From a virus (Duplodnaviria; Caudoviricetes): a stretch of 62,104 nucleotides of DNA. How positions within the stretch are numbered: position 1 is the stretch's first letter; the number at the start of each line of letters is the position of its first letter. Below, piece after piece: positions 38,801 through 48,685 of this stretch. The notes beneath the pieces were generated by a model. It did not search any database and was not told the origin of the DNA. It worked only from the letters and a program-made list of their open reading frames with translations. Location of the stretch: positions 1 through 62,104 of IMG/VR virus record IMGVR_UViG_3300003690_003506; one strand, written 5' to 3'. The position numbers were made by a program, and so were the translations under genes.

Positions 38801-41800
38801 GACTTCTTCAAGTACGGTAGTTGATAAAGACTTTGTTGTATCTTCAAAACTTCAGTTACCAGAAAATGTTCAATCTAGTGAAATGGTTACAGTTCTTAAT
38901 GCGCAAGAACAAAACGTCTTTACAAGAGATTCTCGGCCAATAAACTATTTCTTTGCTTTTGAAAAGAGCATGGCGCAAGCAGTTTCAACCGAAATGATCA
39001 ACTATTTCGCTACCTTAAAAGATATTAATACTCTAATCGGTGCTCCAGTAAATCGATATCGACCCGAATATAAAGGACTTAAGATATTAAGACAAAGATT
39101 TTTTGAAAGAGTGAGCAATAGTGAGATTGATTTTGAAAAATTTTATGAATTTTATAAATGGTTCGACTCCACCTTAACAATAATGCTGCAACAACTTGTT
39201 CCTGCCTCTGCTGATTTTGCCGAGAATGTAAGAACAGTTATAGAAAGCCACGTTCTCGAAAGAAGCAAATACCAAAGCAAATTCCAGAATGTTAAAAAAC
39301 AACTTAATGATATCGAGGCAGTCGCGGTTGGTTCTGAAACTGATACAGAATCGACTATTATGGCGGCCACTAACACACCCGGAAGTGGATTTGAAACACC
39401 CAATAAAAATACAAATCGACAAACAGGGGATTCTGATCTGGCCGGCTCCGGGCAAGCGGGCTGGAAATGGAGCACGCCAGGCCTTGATGAGAACGAGGAA
39501 TTAGACCAAACAGTAAATAAAGAATATTGGAAATATGAAGCCGAAGCTGACAGTCCGGTACTTTCTCAAAGCGCCGCAGCAGTTAATGAAGATAAACAGA
39601 TCATTCGTGCAAACATTCGGGTTACAAAGCATCGTGCCAAGGGATCTGTTTACAGATTTTCTGCCGGCGGAAATTCAATTCTCGGTAGCGTCGGGTTCAA
39701 TGAAAACAAGAAGGTTGATTTTATATATAATGCCACGACTCCTTATGGAAAAACATCACAAGGCGAAAGAGCGCCAGAAAATATTATCCTTGCTTCCGGC
39801 TCTGGTGTTGAAAAGTTGCAGGGCACATCTGATGATATATTCCCAGCAGTCTCACAAAGGCTTGGATTTGATGTAGATCCAGATATTAATAAAAATAATG
39901 ATAGTGAAAATAAAAATGATGGTAATTTATTAGTTCCATTTAGTTTATATTCTTCTTCTGTCGTGAGCGGCTTCAATCAGGAGGTGATTAAAAATTATGC
40001 TTCCGGAGTGATGATTACAAATTTACATCACGATCTTGTTTACGATAATGATATACCGATGCAGGGCCCATTTGCCGAAAAGTTTGTTGGTGGACGCTCT
40101 CATCGACATATTGAGTTTAATCAACCTTGGATCCGGCGCGCCGCGGCAGTTAGAGATTATAAACAAACAAAGTATGTTAGTTTTTCAGGTTCATTCGATG
40201 CAAGCAAAGCGCCTAGGTTCGTAATTGACAATAGTTCAGCGTGGACTGCAATTACCGGTGCGACATACGCCGGCTGGGTTAGGTTTAACGATCTTTCACA
40301 GGATAGAACGTGGTTTAGATTTGGAGATAGCGGCTATCAAATAGCTGTATTTTTATCAAATGGAAATGTTGCTTTAAGTCGTTCTTGGAGCGGCCGACCA
40401 ATTCACGCTGAAGCTGCCACGCCCTTCGCCGGCGGCGCGCCCGCAACAGACACTTGGTATCATGTTGCCATAGCATATAGCTGCTCGGCATTGGGAGATG
40501 TCCCAGTAGTCTATGTTAATGCCACAGGTACTGTTGCGACCGCAGCGCAAACCCCGATCGGAACCCCGGTAGCTGCAGATCAGAAAGCTGCCATTGGTGG
40601 CGACCAACACGCCAGCTGGACAAACAGCGGCCCTTCAAGTATCAATCAAACGTTTGGTACTGCCAGTATGGCAGAGTTTACATTGTGGAAAACTTGCTTG
40701 ACCGAAGATGAAATTAAAGAACTGTATCATCGCAGTGCAGGTGAGATTGATGAAGTGCGCGCCTATAATGTGGGCCCATATGATTTATATTCCCATTCCA
40801 GAGTTTCTGAATTAGCTGGTTGGTGGCGTATGGGTATGGGCACTGGTTCTGCCGCCCACGGTGGTTGCCATGATTCTGAAGACAACTATATTGATGAAGT
40901 TAGCGGCTCAACCTGTGTCATATACGATATGTCCCCCGTCGGCAATTTCCTACACGGCTCAGGAAGTGATGAATTCTATTCCGGCGATGGGGCCAGGGGC
41001 GGTATCGCCACTCTGACATCGGCCGACAAACTTGTTATGGGAGGTGGAGATTTTACTGCATCAATACCCGGACATGCTTGGCAGCCGGCCAGCAAGGGCG
41101 GCCTTTCGTGGGATACGTCAAAGCGTCGCCCAGAAGCGTGGCAGCTAAAGTTTAAAGATGTAACGTCATCTGGAGGAGACACATTTAAGTCTTCCTTCGC
41201 CATCACCCCGGCAAACTATGATGCCACTCTCGCCCGCGGTCACGACAGTAATATTCCAACTGCGCATCGTCTTCGCAACGAAGGCACAAAACGACCGGTT
41301 AATATTCAGAACATCTTAATGACAACAGCTTCTACGGAAATCAGACTTGATGGTGTATTGGCTCATGGTTCTATCGGTAACTACCAGAAGAATTATCAAA
41401 TTGTTCAATCTGCGGCCCGAAGTAAGAATGATCCATTCTTTAGGGATGAGTCATTTAAATTTGCTATTCACCCGGAAACCCTCAGTATTAGGGGTCGGCT
41501 ACCCTTGGACCCACCACGTGGTCGCTCGTTGCAGTGGGATGGAGATCCCAGTGTTGCCGGTAATACTTTTATCCGCACCTTTACAAACGTTACTGGCAGC
41601 GCCAACGGTTGGAATTATGTGGCCGGCGGAGCTGGAAGTGATGCTAAAGCATTTAGTGTTTCGGCCTGGGCATATTTGACAAATTATGGTGATAGTTCCA
41701 CTGGGATGCTTTTTAATATTGGCGCTATCGATCGTTACGCACAGATGGTGAGTAATAAGCTTCGATTTGTTATAGACGGCGCCGCAGATGGTCGGGTTGA

Positions 41801-44800
41801 AAGTAGCACTTTAAGTTTGAATCAATGGTATCATATTACTTTGACTTTTGCCGGCGGCGATCCCGGTGGTTCAAATACGGCAGACTATATGAAAGTGTAT
41901 ATTGATGGCGTGCTGGATTCTACAGTCACTCAAGAGTTAAATAATCCGGATTACATCTCCGAGGCCGCGACCACATATCAGCTTACGATCGGAGCCAGTT
42001 ATGGCTCAGCCCCGTGGAATGTTTGGGGTGGCAATATAGTCGACTTTGCTTTTTGGACAAAAGAATTGTCTGCTGCAGAGGCCGCCGAAGTTTATAATAA
42101 CGGCACAAGGCTTAATTTAAGGATTACTTCACCAGCTATAGGGTCTCTTTTCTTGTGGTATAAACTTGGTGACGGTCATTACCCGGGCGACTCCGGGCCC
42201 GATGGTTACCTATTTGACGAAGCTGGTGGAACTTATGGATATACGTATAACTTCGATGCCACTGCGTCGATCTTACGTTCCCCTCCATATGGCGCAGTTG
42301 GTCCATCCTGGCAAGCTGCCGGCGGCAATTACGGATCCTTCTACGGTCGACACTTCTCCAATCCCGGTACTCAGTTCCCCGGCGGCACTTTAGATTACGC
42401 TTTGCCGGACAGAACAGGCCCCAACTCAAATAAGAGCATCATCGTCACCCGGTTCGGCGCTCCAGGTGGCCCGGAAGTGCAAAGCAGGGGTTATATGGAC
42501 CCGGCCCACGAAGAGATGTCGGTCTACAATGCTTTGCCATATAGAAATCGGTCAGTAATTGATTTCGGTGGTGTTTGGCGCGATAAGCTTTTCTCAATGC
42601 GATCGCACTGGGAAGGCCCAGGCGATGCCATTTGGACCGGCGGCGTGATCCGAGGCCTTGCGTCTTCATCGATCGACGGAACTATTACTGCTTCAATTAA
42701 TACAAGGGATCACTTAAATGAACAAAGAGGATTGAATCAGCTTTCGGCATTGCGATGCGGAAAATATGGATCTGATGCCACGTATGGCATAATAACCGAA
42801 CCGGTGCATAGGAACCAGCACGATAATCACAATTATTCGTTAGCATCAGGCTTTACTCGAGTCGATCGTGATCTGGGGTATTGTGAAACTCCATCATTTC
42901 ATAAAGTAAATAGAAATTCCAGGAAAATAATAAAAAGTGGCAGCGCCGCACAGACCTATCTTGGGGGCCCCAAAATTAACACGCTCACGAGTTCGGTATA
43001 CGACAATTTGTATATACAACATCAGATTCCTCAAAATATGTCTCAATATACCTGGGTTACAGCTTCTATGTGGAAAGGCCTAGCCCAAGGTCAGATCATT
43101 GCCCGCGGAACAACATTGGCCGAAGGAAGACTTGGTGGAGGCACTGGCCATCCAGCATTCCGGAACAGCCCGGCTTATAGTGGAAAGAGAGCCGCTCTCT
43201 TCCTCGCACCACTTTCTTATCCAACTTGTTATAGTGCTTCAACTTTAGAGATTATTTGTACGTCAAGCCTTGTTGCTGCTTCGGATTTGACCATGTCATG
43301 GACCAACAAACCTCCGGGGATGATGTTTCCATTTAGCTTACCGACTAATATTTATGATAGTATCGTATTCAGAAATCCTGGAAATATGATGGCTGGAAAT
43401 TTTGGTGTACTGCAAGCTCTCATTAAGGATCCTGTTTGTGAATGGCCAATAGATGATGAAAACCCCTCCGCATATCTGGGAGCGGAGCCATCGATGTCAA
43501 TGGAAAATACTCTGGGCTACCCCCTTCAGGGAATGAAATGGATAGGTGATTCTAACGAAATGCACAATCCATATGATTTTACACCCTTATGTTGGGATTG
43601 GCTGGATACATCTGATCTCAAGCTCGCCCCGCCGAAAAATAAATTTCAATATGCAAATAGATATTTAAATGTATCTGGTTCCCCAACAAATGCAGAAGGC
43701 TTTATTAATGTCTTTATGATCCCCAGCGGCGCCTTTGCCGATTCTAATAACATGGACCCTCGGCTGGCTTCTGCGCATATGTTTAACGTTTTGATGTGTC
43801 ATCGCAACGGTCCGTACGGATATCCTACTTTCAAGCAAGTTCGAACAGGACAACATCCTGTCTCTCGATGGTTAAGAAAAAATAATCTGATTGGTGCTTT
43901 GGTGCCTCCTCCTGTTATTAGAGGCGGCAATGGCACAATTCAAGGATTGAGGTCAAATAAGTTCGTGAATTATAAAGAAATGCCAATTGCATCGAATGCA
44001 CTGCCCATTACCTTTGCATTTGAGGATAATGATGAAGATCCAAACGTTGTGAACAATATCATATTAAACGTATCTTATCAGAATAACTTGGATTACTTTA
44101 CCAATCAAGGTCTCAATAATCGTTTGAATCTCGGAGAAAGAAAATCTGCAGATGATGGGAATGCATATAACACACTTGCTGATTTTACGCTCGAATCTAA
44201 TTTGAGTACAGTCATCCGATTTGGTCAAAAGATATATCCAGCAGCCGAGAATGTCTATCAATCTAAGGTTCGAACGAGAGAAAATTACGATATTCGAACC
44301 ATATGGAATGATGTTCGTCAATTCCGTTCGACGCAACTTGATGTAACTGGTGCAATCCTCAGCGGCTATAATGGCACAACTTCTTCGATGGGTCGTATCG
44401 ATCCAAGCGCAAGTATGTGGCCACTTGATGGCAAATATGGTACTCGATCGGTGCCCCCAAATGCACTTGGTGAGTCATATGCAAATACTGGATCTACCAT
44501 GGGTGAGCTTTTGAATACCTATGCAAGATACGGGAATGATGATGCAGGCACTCTTCGGCCCGGGCCAAGTTATGTGATGCCGTTACGTATGGGATCGGGA
44601 TCCCACCCAGACGATTCCACGGATACTGAATCATATGTGATTATTACTGGTCCAGAGTGGGAAGCACCAGACCAGGCAGGAGTTAACCCATATCAACCAT
44701 ACGAAGATTATGCAAAAACTATTCGTTTAATTGGTAAAGATATGTCCATCATTCCTGAATTTAGGATCAGCGAACATATAGAAACATATTTTAATATATA

Positions 44801-47663
44801 CGGCGGGGATTTCTTGGCCAAATTTGATAATGTGCTTAGTTTAACCGGCGCGTCGCTCAGTGGCACTGCACCCACAGCCTCCAACGATAGAGGCACGATA
44901 TCGCCAGATTTCTATAAAGTGTATTCAACAACAGACTTTATGAAATATTTTAAGATTGTCGACGATGATTTGGCGGATCAAGCAAATGCAGCAGATAATA
45001 AAATACGAAGACACTCCCTCGAACTTACCTGTGATGCTGTACTTCAATTCTTGCCTTATAAGGGATTTTATCCGGCCGAGCGAACGTTGGAATTAGCCTC
45101 ATTGCTTTCTAAGTCACTAGGACGGAGACAGCACGACTTTGGTGCGTCATACGTTCCAGGGGAACCACACAATGCCACTGATGCGATCGCAGATAGGATT
45201 TTGTATGAACCATTAATGGCGCCAGGAATTTTATATAACACAATAAAATCAGGAATTGCTGTCAGTAATTTCGTGATGCTTCAAACAAAACCTTACACCG
45301 ACCAATACTCGGTGTCGGGTATGTACGCATTAACGTCGAGTGTGGCAATCTTACCAGAAAATAGTGGTTCCGCATTGGATTCGTGCGGGACGAAAAGGTG
45401 CTTCGCTGAATCAGCTGGCATCAATGGCTATTTTAGCAACTTCTTTTTTGTCGGCAATGGGAATGCGGGGGACCCGCTTCGGCAGAATATTGCGAGCCAG
45501 TTATATACAAATAAAGGTTTTATGCCTATGTTAGACTTAGTTGGCTCCGGATCTTCAGCTGAAACCGGAAGTGCAGAAGGTTACTATATGCATAGACTTC
45601 CGTTCGAAGCGCTCAGAGATCCTGAAAAATATCTTGGGGAGAAAACTATTCCCGGTCGATGGATCTTTGATACAGGCATGTATAGTTCTAGTACCTATTA
45701 TGTAAATGGTCTCGCCGGCGGCTCGTCGGCGGCGATCGTGGCGCCACCATATGTAGTGTATAGCGGTGTCGCCGCAAAACCCTTCTATAAGTTAGCCATA
45801 GATAATTTCTTATGTGAAACCTATAATTTTTTCCAGCCCGGGCCCCAAGCAACAACTTTTCTATCGAAAGATGATGATTCATTTGGCAGAGTAGAAAAAG
45901 GTAAATATTATGGACTAAGAGTTAATCTTGGAACTGCCGACCAGATCGGTGGATCCACAAACCTTGCAGAAACTCCTAATTCTTTCTGTATGTATAGCCG
46001 CGCAAGTGCATTCGGCGTACCTCTCGTATTATCGGGTACCAATTCACATGATACTGGCTATGGTACTTCCTCCGAGTCAAATCGCTGGCCAACATTTGAA
46101 CACGTATTACCTCCCTATTATTATGGTCGTGCATCGGCAAATATAATTTTTAAAGCACCATATTCGGGCAAAGTAACAGTGGATGAAATTTTAGGTAACT
46201 GTACAGTTGAATATAATAAAAGATCGTTTTGGGAGGGACCTAAGTATTATAGCTATAATGATCCGACGATTGAAAAGTTTGATGTTGAAGAGCGAAGTGT
46301 TGTACAATCGCAAATAGATACAAGCGTTGATTTGTTCGAAAAATATCTTGTTGTTCCAGAGGGTACGAATACACAGAAGGCTCGGTGGATGATTCGACCG
46401 AAATTTGAAACTCCTATAATGAATTTCTTGGATAAACCCACTACTCCGGTTAATACAGGATCTATGTATTCCTGGGGCGGCAACAGCGCTGCTGGTTATT
46501 ACGCCGGTATGCCAATTCGTGGTATGTGGCATCAATATGGTCGCCCACCGACAGCATCCGCCGGCCTTACCTTAGATATTGTCGAGCTGCCTACCGAAAT
46601 GAGTTCTTCAAAGCATGGAGATATTAAAGTTGAATCGTTGGCAAACCTTGTAGGATTTAATACAACCGCGAAACGAATCGGCCAAGTTGCCTCGTCTAAG
46701 AGACTTGAGGAAGCAATTGTTTGCATTCCGTTTAGAACATCTAAGGGTGAAAGAAAATTCTTTGATGTTGATAAAGATTCGCAAGAATATGTCACGCAAT
46801 TAGCCCTTTTGAATAAGTATATTTTCCCGCCGACATTTGATTTCTTGATAAATGAGGACGTAAGCCCCGTTGCTTTCTATGCATTTGAGTTTAATATGAA
46901 TTTGACTCAAGATGATTTGATCAATATTTGGCAAAACTTACCACCAGATTCACAGTCGAAGTTCCAAAAGACTACAACTACAATCAAGATTCGAAGTCTC
47001 GTTGATAGATTGCTTGATAATGATGAGCATTTACAGTGGATGGTGTTTAAAGTTAAGAGAAAAGCAGAAAAGGATTATAATGTTCTTGTGAAGAAGAAAC
47101 TTGGGAAAGGTCTCCCGATTGTTCAGCCAGCAATTGACTCGCCATATTCGTATAACTGGCCCTATGATTATTTCTCATTTGTTGAGCTAATTAAGATAAA
47201 AGAACAGGTAGTATATGCAACGGAGGATATTATAACTGAAGAAGATCGCGAACCAGCAGTCATTCCGGACTTAAGAGAATTTATTCCTGCCCCAGCAGAT
47301 ATGCCAGAGAGAACAAGACCTCGACAAGATGTTCTTGATGTTTCTCATAAAGGCAGAAAACCTGGAGAACTGATTAGCGAAAAGGAGCTCTTGGATGCTG
47401 CAAGACGTAAGAGGACGGAAGAAGAACGATTAGCAAGAGTCGCAAAACAGCCCACTAATGCCGAGAAGTTGGCTGATCGTGTAGATGATGATCGTGCCTC
47501 CCAACGCCGAGCACAACGTGAAACAAAGCGAGCTCAAAAGCGTTCTGGAAAGAAAGCCAGCACCTTGAAACGTACGCCGCCGCCGCGACTTACTGAAGAC
47601 CAGCGAAAAGAGGCAATAAGACGCAAAAGACGCGCTGATAAGCGCGCCAAGAAGAAGAAATAA
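35814..47663 (+). CDS. Giant baseplate/tail protein (3949 aa) with several LamG/ConA-like domains
   Basis: Repeated SVxxW..W[HY]H.A.T..YVDG..IDE.R.W patterns near 36.4-37.1, 40.2-40.9 and 41.5-42.3 kb. YKTKGT..AFR motif resembles wedge/tail protein I. Confidence 0.8.
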   Translation: MSFKDYFNKASTIRALSNKSAEEIAAEVESVGYHEEDIVREERFIPRVDFTRPESFVRYGSATEYYEQSLKRIYEDYPYDGSLREKIKWENESTYLDLHIFNNRYPRTNGYALFSPAGWGTVSSGSGDTGYGLPADLEYIYLKGGPHANLHGMSPYSIQFTGSNYYDTDKNRENNLKFDLKDNGISVEFWLRKDAFDASKTQKEVIFDLWNGEASSSAQYGRFRIELTGAANEAGADPFRVTLVSGTTGFVSSSIVASTFTTSDVADDNWHHYAFTFKSASAGITSRFYVDGTLNNECLSGTIAADGDPSATAAGMNEVTGALRAYMGALITPNHRSVNPAAAGAGKLSGSIDEFRYWKTERTAKEIGRHWFTQVGGGTNDDPTPGITTTENINTKLGVYYKFNEGITGVSSTDSVVLDYSGRITNGAWTGYSSDSRNTGSAIVSSSAAIKEFKDPIIYKFHPSVETLAADLQITGSEYDVNNNASIYNSIPAWITEEDSGDKGQKQLKYLTQIMSSYFDTLQLQIESLANLKDITYNTGSNKPLPFAEKLLSSAGLFAPEIFIDADVLEKLADRSENRVFEKSLHDVKNTIYQNIYNNLVYIYKTKGTEKAFRNMIRCFGIDDELVKLNMYAGGIEYEARDNRRNIVSIVDKFVNFNTADNSNAVVYQQQDASDTTDTTGYFPANSKLADGYAQTFEADISFPKKPDANASFYFDTNTISSSLFGVHGVVSEESVPQWDDTADAANYQVFAVRDEIDSTNVRFVLTGTEGGYVPYLVSDLYQDTYEDSHWNLAVRIKPENYPYAGTKPGGEFGVLGGACCGNYTVELHGIQIDAGVVRNEFNLSGLAATESDSLKKTPAGFITGSKRVYLGTHRTNFTGTILNSTDVKVNACRYWFDYVEDETLLGHAYDTENYGSLKPRAYAYPFDFSGSYGDILKFDTLALNWEFSQNTGSDASGQFTVKDRSSGSATTAAARFGWLGNYLNRQYSGKGYDFLTSSSTVVDKDFVVSSKLQLPENVQSSEMVTVLNAQEQNVFTRDSRPINYFFAFEKSMAQAVSTEMINYFATLKDINTLIGAPVNRYRPEYKGLKILRQRFFERVSNSEIDFEKFYEFYKWFDSTLTIMLQQLVPASADFAENVRTVIESHVLERSKYQSKFQNVKKQLNDIEAVAVGSETDTESTIMAATNTPGSGFETPNKNTNRQTGDSDLAGSGQAGWKWSTPGLDENEELDQTVNKEYWKYEAEADSPVLSQSAAAVNEDKQIIRANIRVTKHRAKGSVYRFSAGGNSILGSVGFNENKKVDFIYNATTPYGKTSQGERAPENIILASGSGVEKLQGTSDDIFPAVSQRLGFDVDPDINKNNDSENKNDGNLLVPFSLYSSSVVSGFNQEVIKNYASGVMITNLHHDLVYDNDIPMQGPFAEKFVGGRSHRHIEFNQPWIRRAAAVRDYKQTKYVSFSGSFDASKAPRFVIDNSSAWTAITGATYAGWVRFNDLSQDRTWFRFGDSGYQIAVFLSNGNVALSRSWSGRPIHAEAATPFAGGAPATDTWYHVAIAYSCSALGDVPVVYVNATGTVATAAQTPIGTPVAADQKAAIGGDQHASWTNSGPSSINQTFGTASMAEFTLWKTCLTEDEIKELYHRSAGEIDEVRAYNVGPYDLYSHSRVSELAGWWRMGMGTGSAAHGGCHDSEDNYIDEVSGSTCVIYDMSPVGNFLHGSGSDEFYSGDGARGGIATLTSADKLVMGGGDFTASIPGHAWQPASKGGLSWDTSKRRPEAWQLKFKDVTSSGGDTFKSSFAITPANYDATLARGHDSNIPTAHRLRNEGTKRPVNIQNILMTTASTEIRLDGVLAHGSIGNYQKNYQIVQSAARSKNDPFFRDESFKFAIHPETLSIRGRLPLDPPRGRSLQWDGDPSVAGNTFIRTFTNVTGSANGWNYVAGGAGSDAKAFSVSAWAYLTNYGDSSTGMLFNIGAIDRYAQMVSNKLRFVIDGAADGRVESSTLSLNQWYHITLTFAGGDPGGSNTADYMKVYIDGVLDSTVTQELNNPDYISEAATTYQLTIGASYGSAPWNVWGGNIVDFAFWTKELSAAEAAEVYNNGTRLNLRITSPAIGSLFLWYKLGDGHYPGDSGPDGYLFDEAGGTYGYTYNFDATASILRSPPYGAVGPSWQAAGGNYGSFYGRHFSNPGTQFPGGTLDYALPDRTGPNSNKSIIVTRFGAPGGPEVQSRGYMDPAHEEMSVYNALPYRNRSVIDFGGVWRDKLFSMRSHWEGPGDAIWTGGVIRGLASSSIDGTITASINTRDHLNEQRGLNQLSALRCGKYGSDATYGIITEPVHRNQHDNHNYSLASGFTRVDRDLGYCETPSFHKVNRNSRKIIKSGSAAQTYLGGPKINTLTSSVYDNLYIQHQIPQNMSQYTWVTASMWKGLAQGQIIARGTTLAEGRLGGGTGHPAFRNSPAYSGKRAALFLAPLSYPTCYSASTLEIICTSSLVAASDLTMSWTNKPPGMMFPFSLPTNIYDSIVFRNPGNMMAGNFGVLQALIKDPVCEWPIDDENPSAYLGAEPSMSMENTLGYPLQGMKWIGDSNEMHNPYDFTPLCWDWLDTSDLKLAPPKNKFQYANRYLNVSGSPTNAEGFINVFMIPSGAFADSNNMDPRLASAHMFNVLMCHRNGPYGYPTFKQVRTGQHPVSRWLRKNNLIGALVPPPVIRGGNGTIQGLRSNKFVNYKEMPIASNALPITFAFEDNDEDPNVVNNIILNVSYQNNLDYFTNQGLNNRLNLGERKSADDGNAYNTLADFTLESNLSTVIRFGQKIYPAAENVYQSKVRTRENYDIRTIWNDVRQFRSTQLDVTGAILSGYNGTTSSMGRIDPSASMWPLDGKYGTRSVPPNALGESYANTGSTMGELLNTYARYGNDDAGTLRPGPSYVMPLRMGSGSHPDDSTDTESYVIITGPEWEAPDQAGVNPYQPYEDYAKTIRLIGKDMSIIPEFRISEHIETYFNIYGGDFLAKFDNVLSLTGASLSGTAPTASNDRGTISPDFYKVYSTTDFMKYFKIVDDDLADQANAADNKIRRHSLELTCDAVLQFLPYKGFYPAERTLELASLLSKSLGRRQHDFGASYVPGEPHNATDAIADRILYEPLMAPGILYNTIKSGIAVSNFVMLQTKPYTDQYSVSGMYALTSSVAILPENSGSALDSCGTKRCFAESAGINGYFSNFFFVGNGNAGDPLRQNIASQLYTNKGFMPMLDLVGSGSSAETGSAEGYYMHRLPFEALRDPEKYLGEKTIPGRWIFDTGMYSSSTYYVNGLAGGSSAAIVAPPYVVYSGVAAKPFYKLAIDNFLCETYNFFQPGPQATTFLSKDDDSFGRVEKGKYYGLRVNLGTADQIGGSTNLAETPNSFCMYSRASAFGVPLVLSGTNSHDTGYGTSSESNRWPTFEHVLPPYYYGRASANIIFKAPYSGKVTVDEILGNCTVEYNKRSFWEGPKYYSYNDPTIEKFDVEERSVVQSQIDTSVDLFEKYLVVPEGTNTQKARWMIRPKFETPIMNFLDKPTTPVNTGSMYSWGGNSAAGYYAGMPIRGMWHQYGRPPTASAGLTLDIVELPTEMSSSKHGDIKVESLANLVGFNTTAKRIGQVASSKRLEEAIVCIPFRTSKGERKFFDVDKDSQEYVTQLALLNKYIFPPTFDFLINEDVSPVAFYAFEFNMNLTQDDLINIWQNLPPDSQSKFQKTTTTIKIRSLVDRLLDNDEHLQWMVFKVKRKAEKDYNVLVKKKLGKGLPIVQPAIDSPYSYNWPYDYFSFVELIKIKEQVVYATEDIITEEDREPAVIPDLREFIPAPADMPERTRPRQDVLDVSHKGRKPGELISEKELLDAARRKRTEEERLARVAKQPTNAEKLADRVDDDRASQRRAQRETKRAQKRSGKKASTLKRTPPPRLTEDQRKEAIRRKRRADKRAKKKK

Positions 47664-47665
47664 AA

Positions 47666-48685
47666 ATGGCAGAGTTTTTTAATAAAAAAGAAGAGATGTT
47701 AGAAGTCCAGCTCACTGAGTATGGGAAATATTTATTGTCTATGGGCAAGTTGGATCCCGCTTATTACGCTTTTTTTGATGATGAAATCTTGTATAATTCG
47801 GAATATGCCGGTATAAAAGGCGCGGCCGCAGAGGCCCAGAACAATATCGATCGTAGAATTAGGCATGAAACACCGAATTTGAAGATTGTTCCAACTAGAA
47901 CAGGCGCAGAAACTCGCGTAGAGCGATTTATAAATAGCGTTAGTGGTGCATTAGCCAGTTCTAATTCAGAGCCGTCTGAAAATGCAGAAGCATTTCAACA
48001 GCAATATTTTATCGAAAAAGTTAATTTCTCGTCTTTTCCAATTGGTACTGGCGACATGACGAGCGACAAGAATGCATCCTGGTCGATCAACGCATTAAAG
48101 AATACTATTTCTGGCTCTAAAGAATATATCGTAACAAATCCTAGCAGCAGCTTTGCTGATATAAATAATGGTGTTATAAAAAGAATCCCTCAGCTTGATA
48201 TTGACATAAATTATCAAACTTTCTTTCAGAAGGGAGATTTTTCTGAATTTGCAATAAGTGATTATTTAGGTGCAGCTGGAGAAAATATATATCTTTCTTT
48301 ATATGAAGATTATTTAGTGTTGGAGATAGTAGAAGAAAACACTGTTTTTCAAAAGGAAAATTTTGATGTAGAGGTTTATTATGTTGGTGTTACTGCTTCT
48401 CTTAATCCTGCGTTTCCCGCGAATGACGCTCGACAACCAACGCAAAGGAGTGTTTTAAAACAAATGTCTTTTGTTAAAGAAGATCCTGGCACGTTCGCGG
48501 CGCCCAAGAAAATCGGGAATATGGAAACAAATATTGGAGACGTTGAATACTATTTTGATTTATATTTAGATGACGATATACCTTTTGATATAGCCGACGC
48601 AGCTAAAATTTCTGATATGGGCTTGAGTAGGTTTAAGCTGAATAGAGATTTGTATGTGAGCGAACCAGATGAGGACCCGTGTTAA
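47666..48685 (+). CDS. Putative virion structural protein
   Basis: N-terminal QLTEYGKYLLSMG..YYAFFDDEILY resembles the N-terminus of 56672..57652. Confidence 0.6.
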   Translation: MAEFFNKKEEMLEVQLTEYGKYLLSMGKLDPAYYAFFDDEILYNSEYAGIKGAAAEAQNNIDRRIRHETPNLKIVPTRTGAETRVERFINSVSGALASSNSEPSENAEAFQQQYFIEKVNFSSFPIGTGDMTSDKNASWSINALKNTISGSKEYIVTNPSSSFADINNGVIKRIPQLDIDINYQTFFQKGDFSEFAISDYLGAAGENIYLSLYEDYLVLEIVEENTVFQKENFDVEVYYVGVTASLNPAFPANDARQPTQRSVLKQMSFVKEDPGTFAAPKKIGNMETNIGDVEYYFDLYLDDDIPFDIADAAKISDMGLSRFKLNRDLYVSEPDEDPC

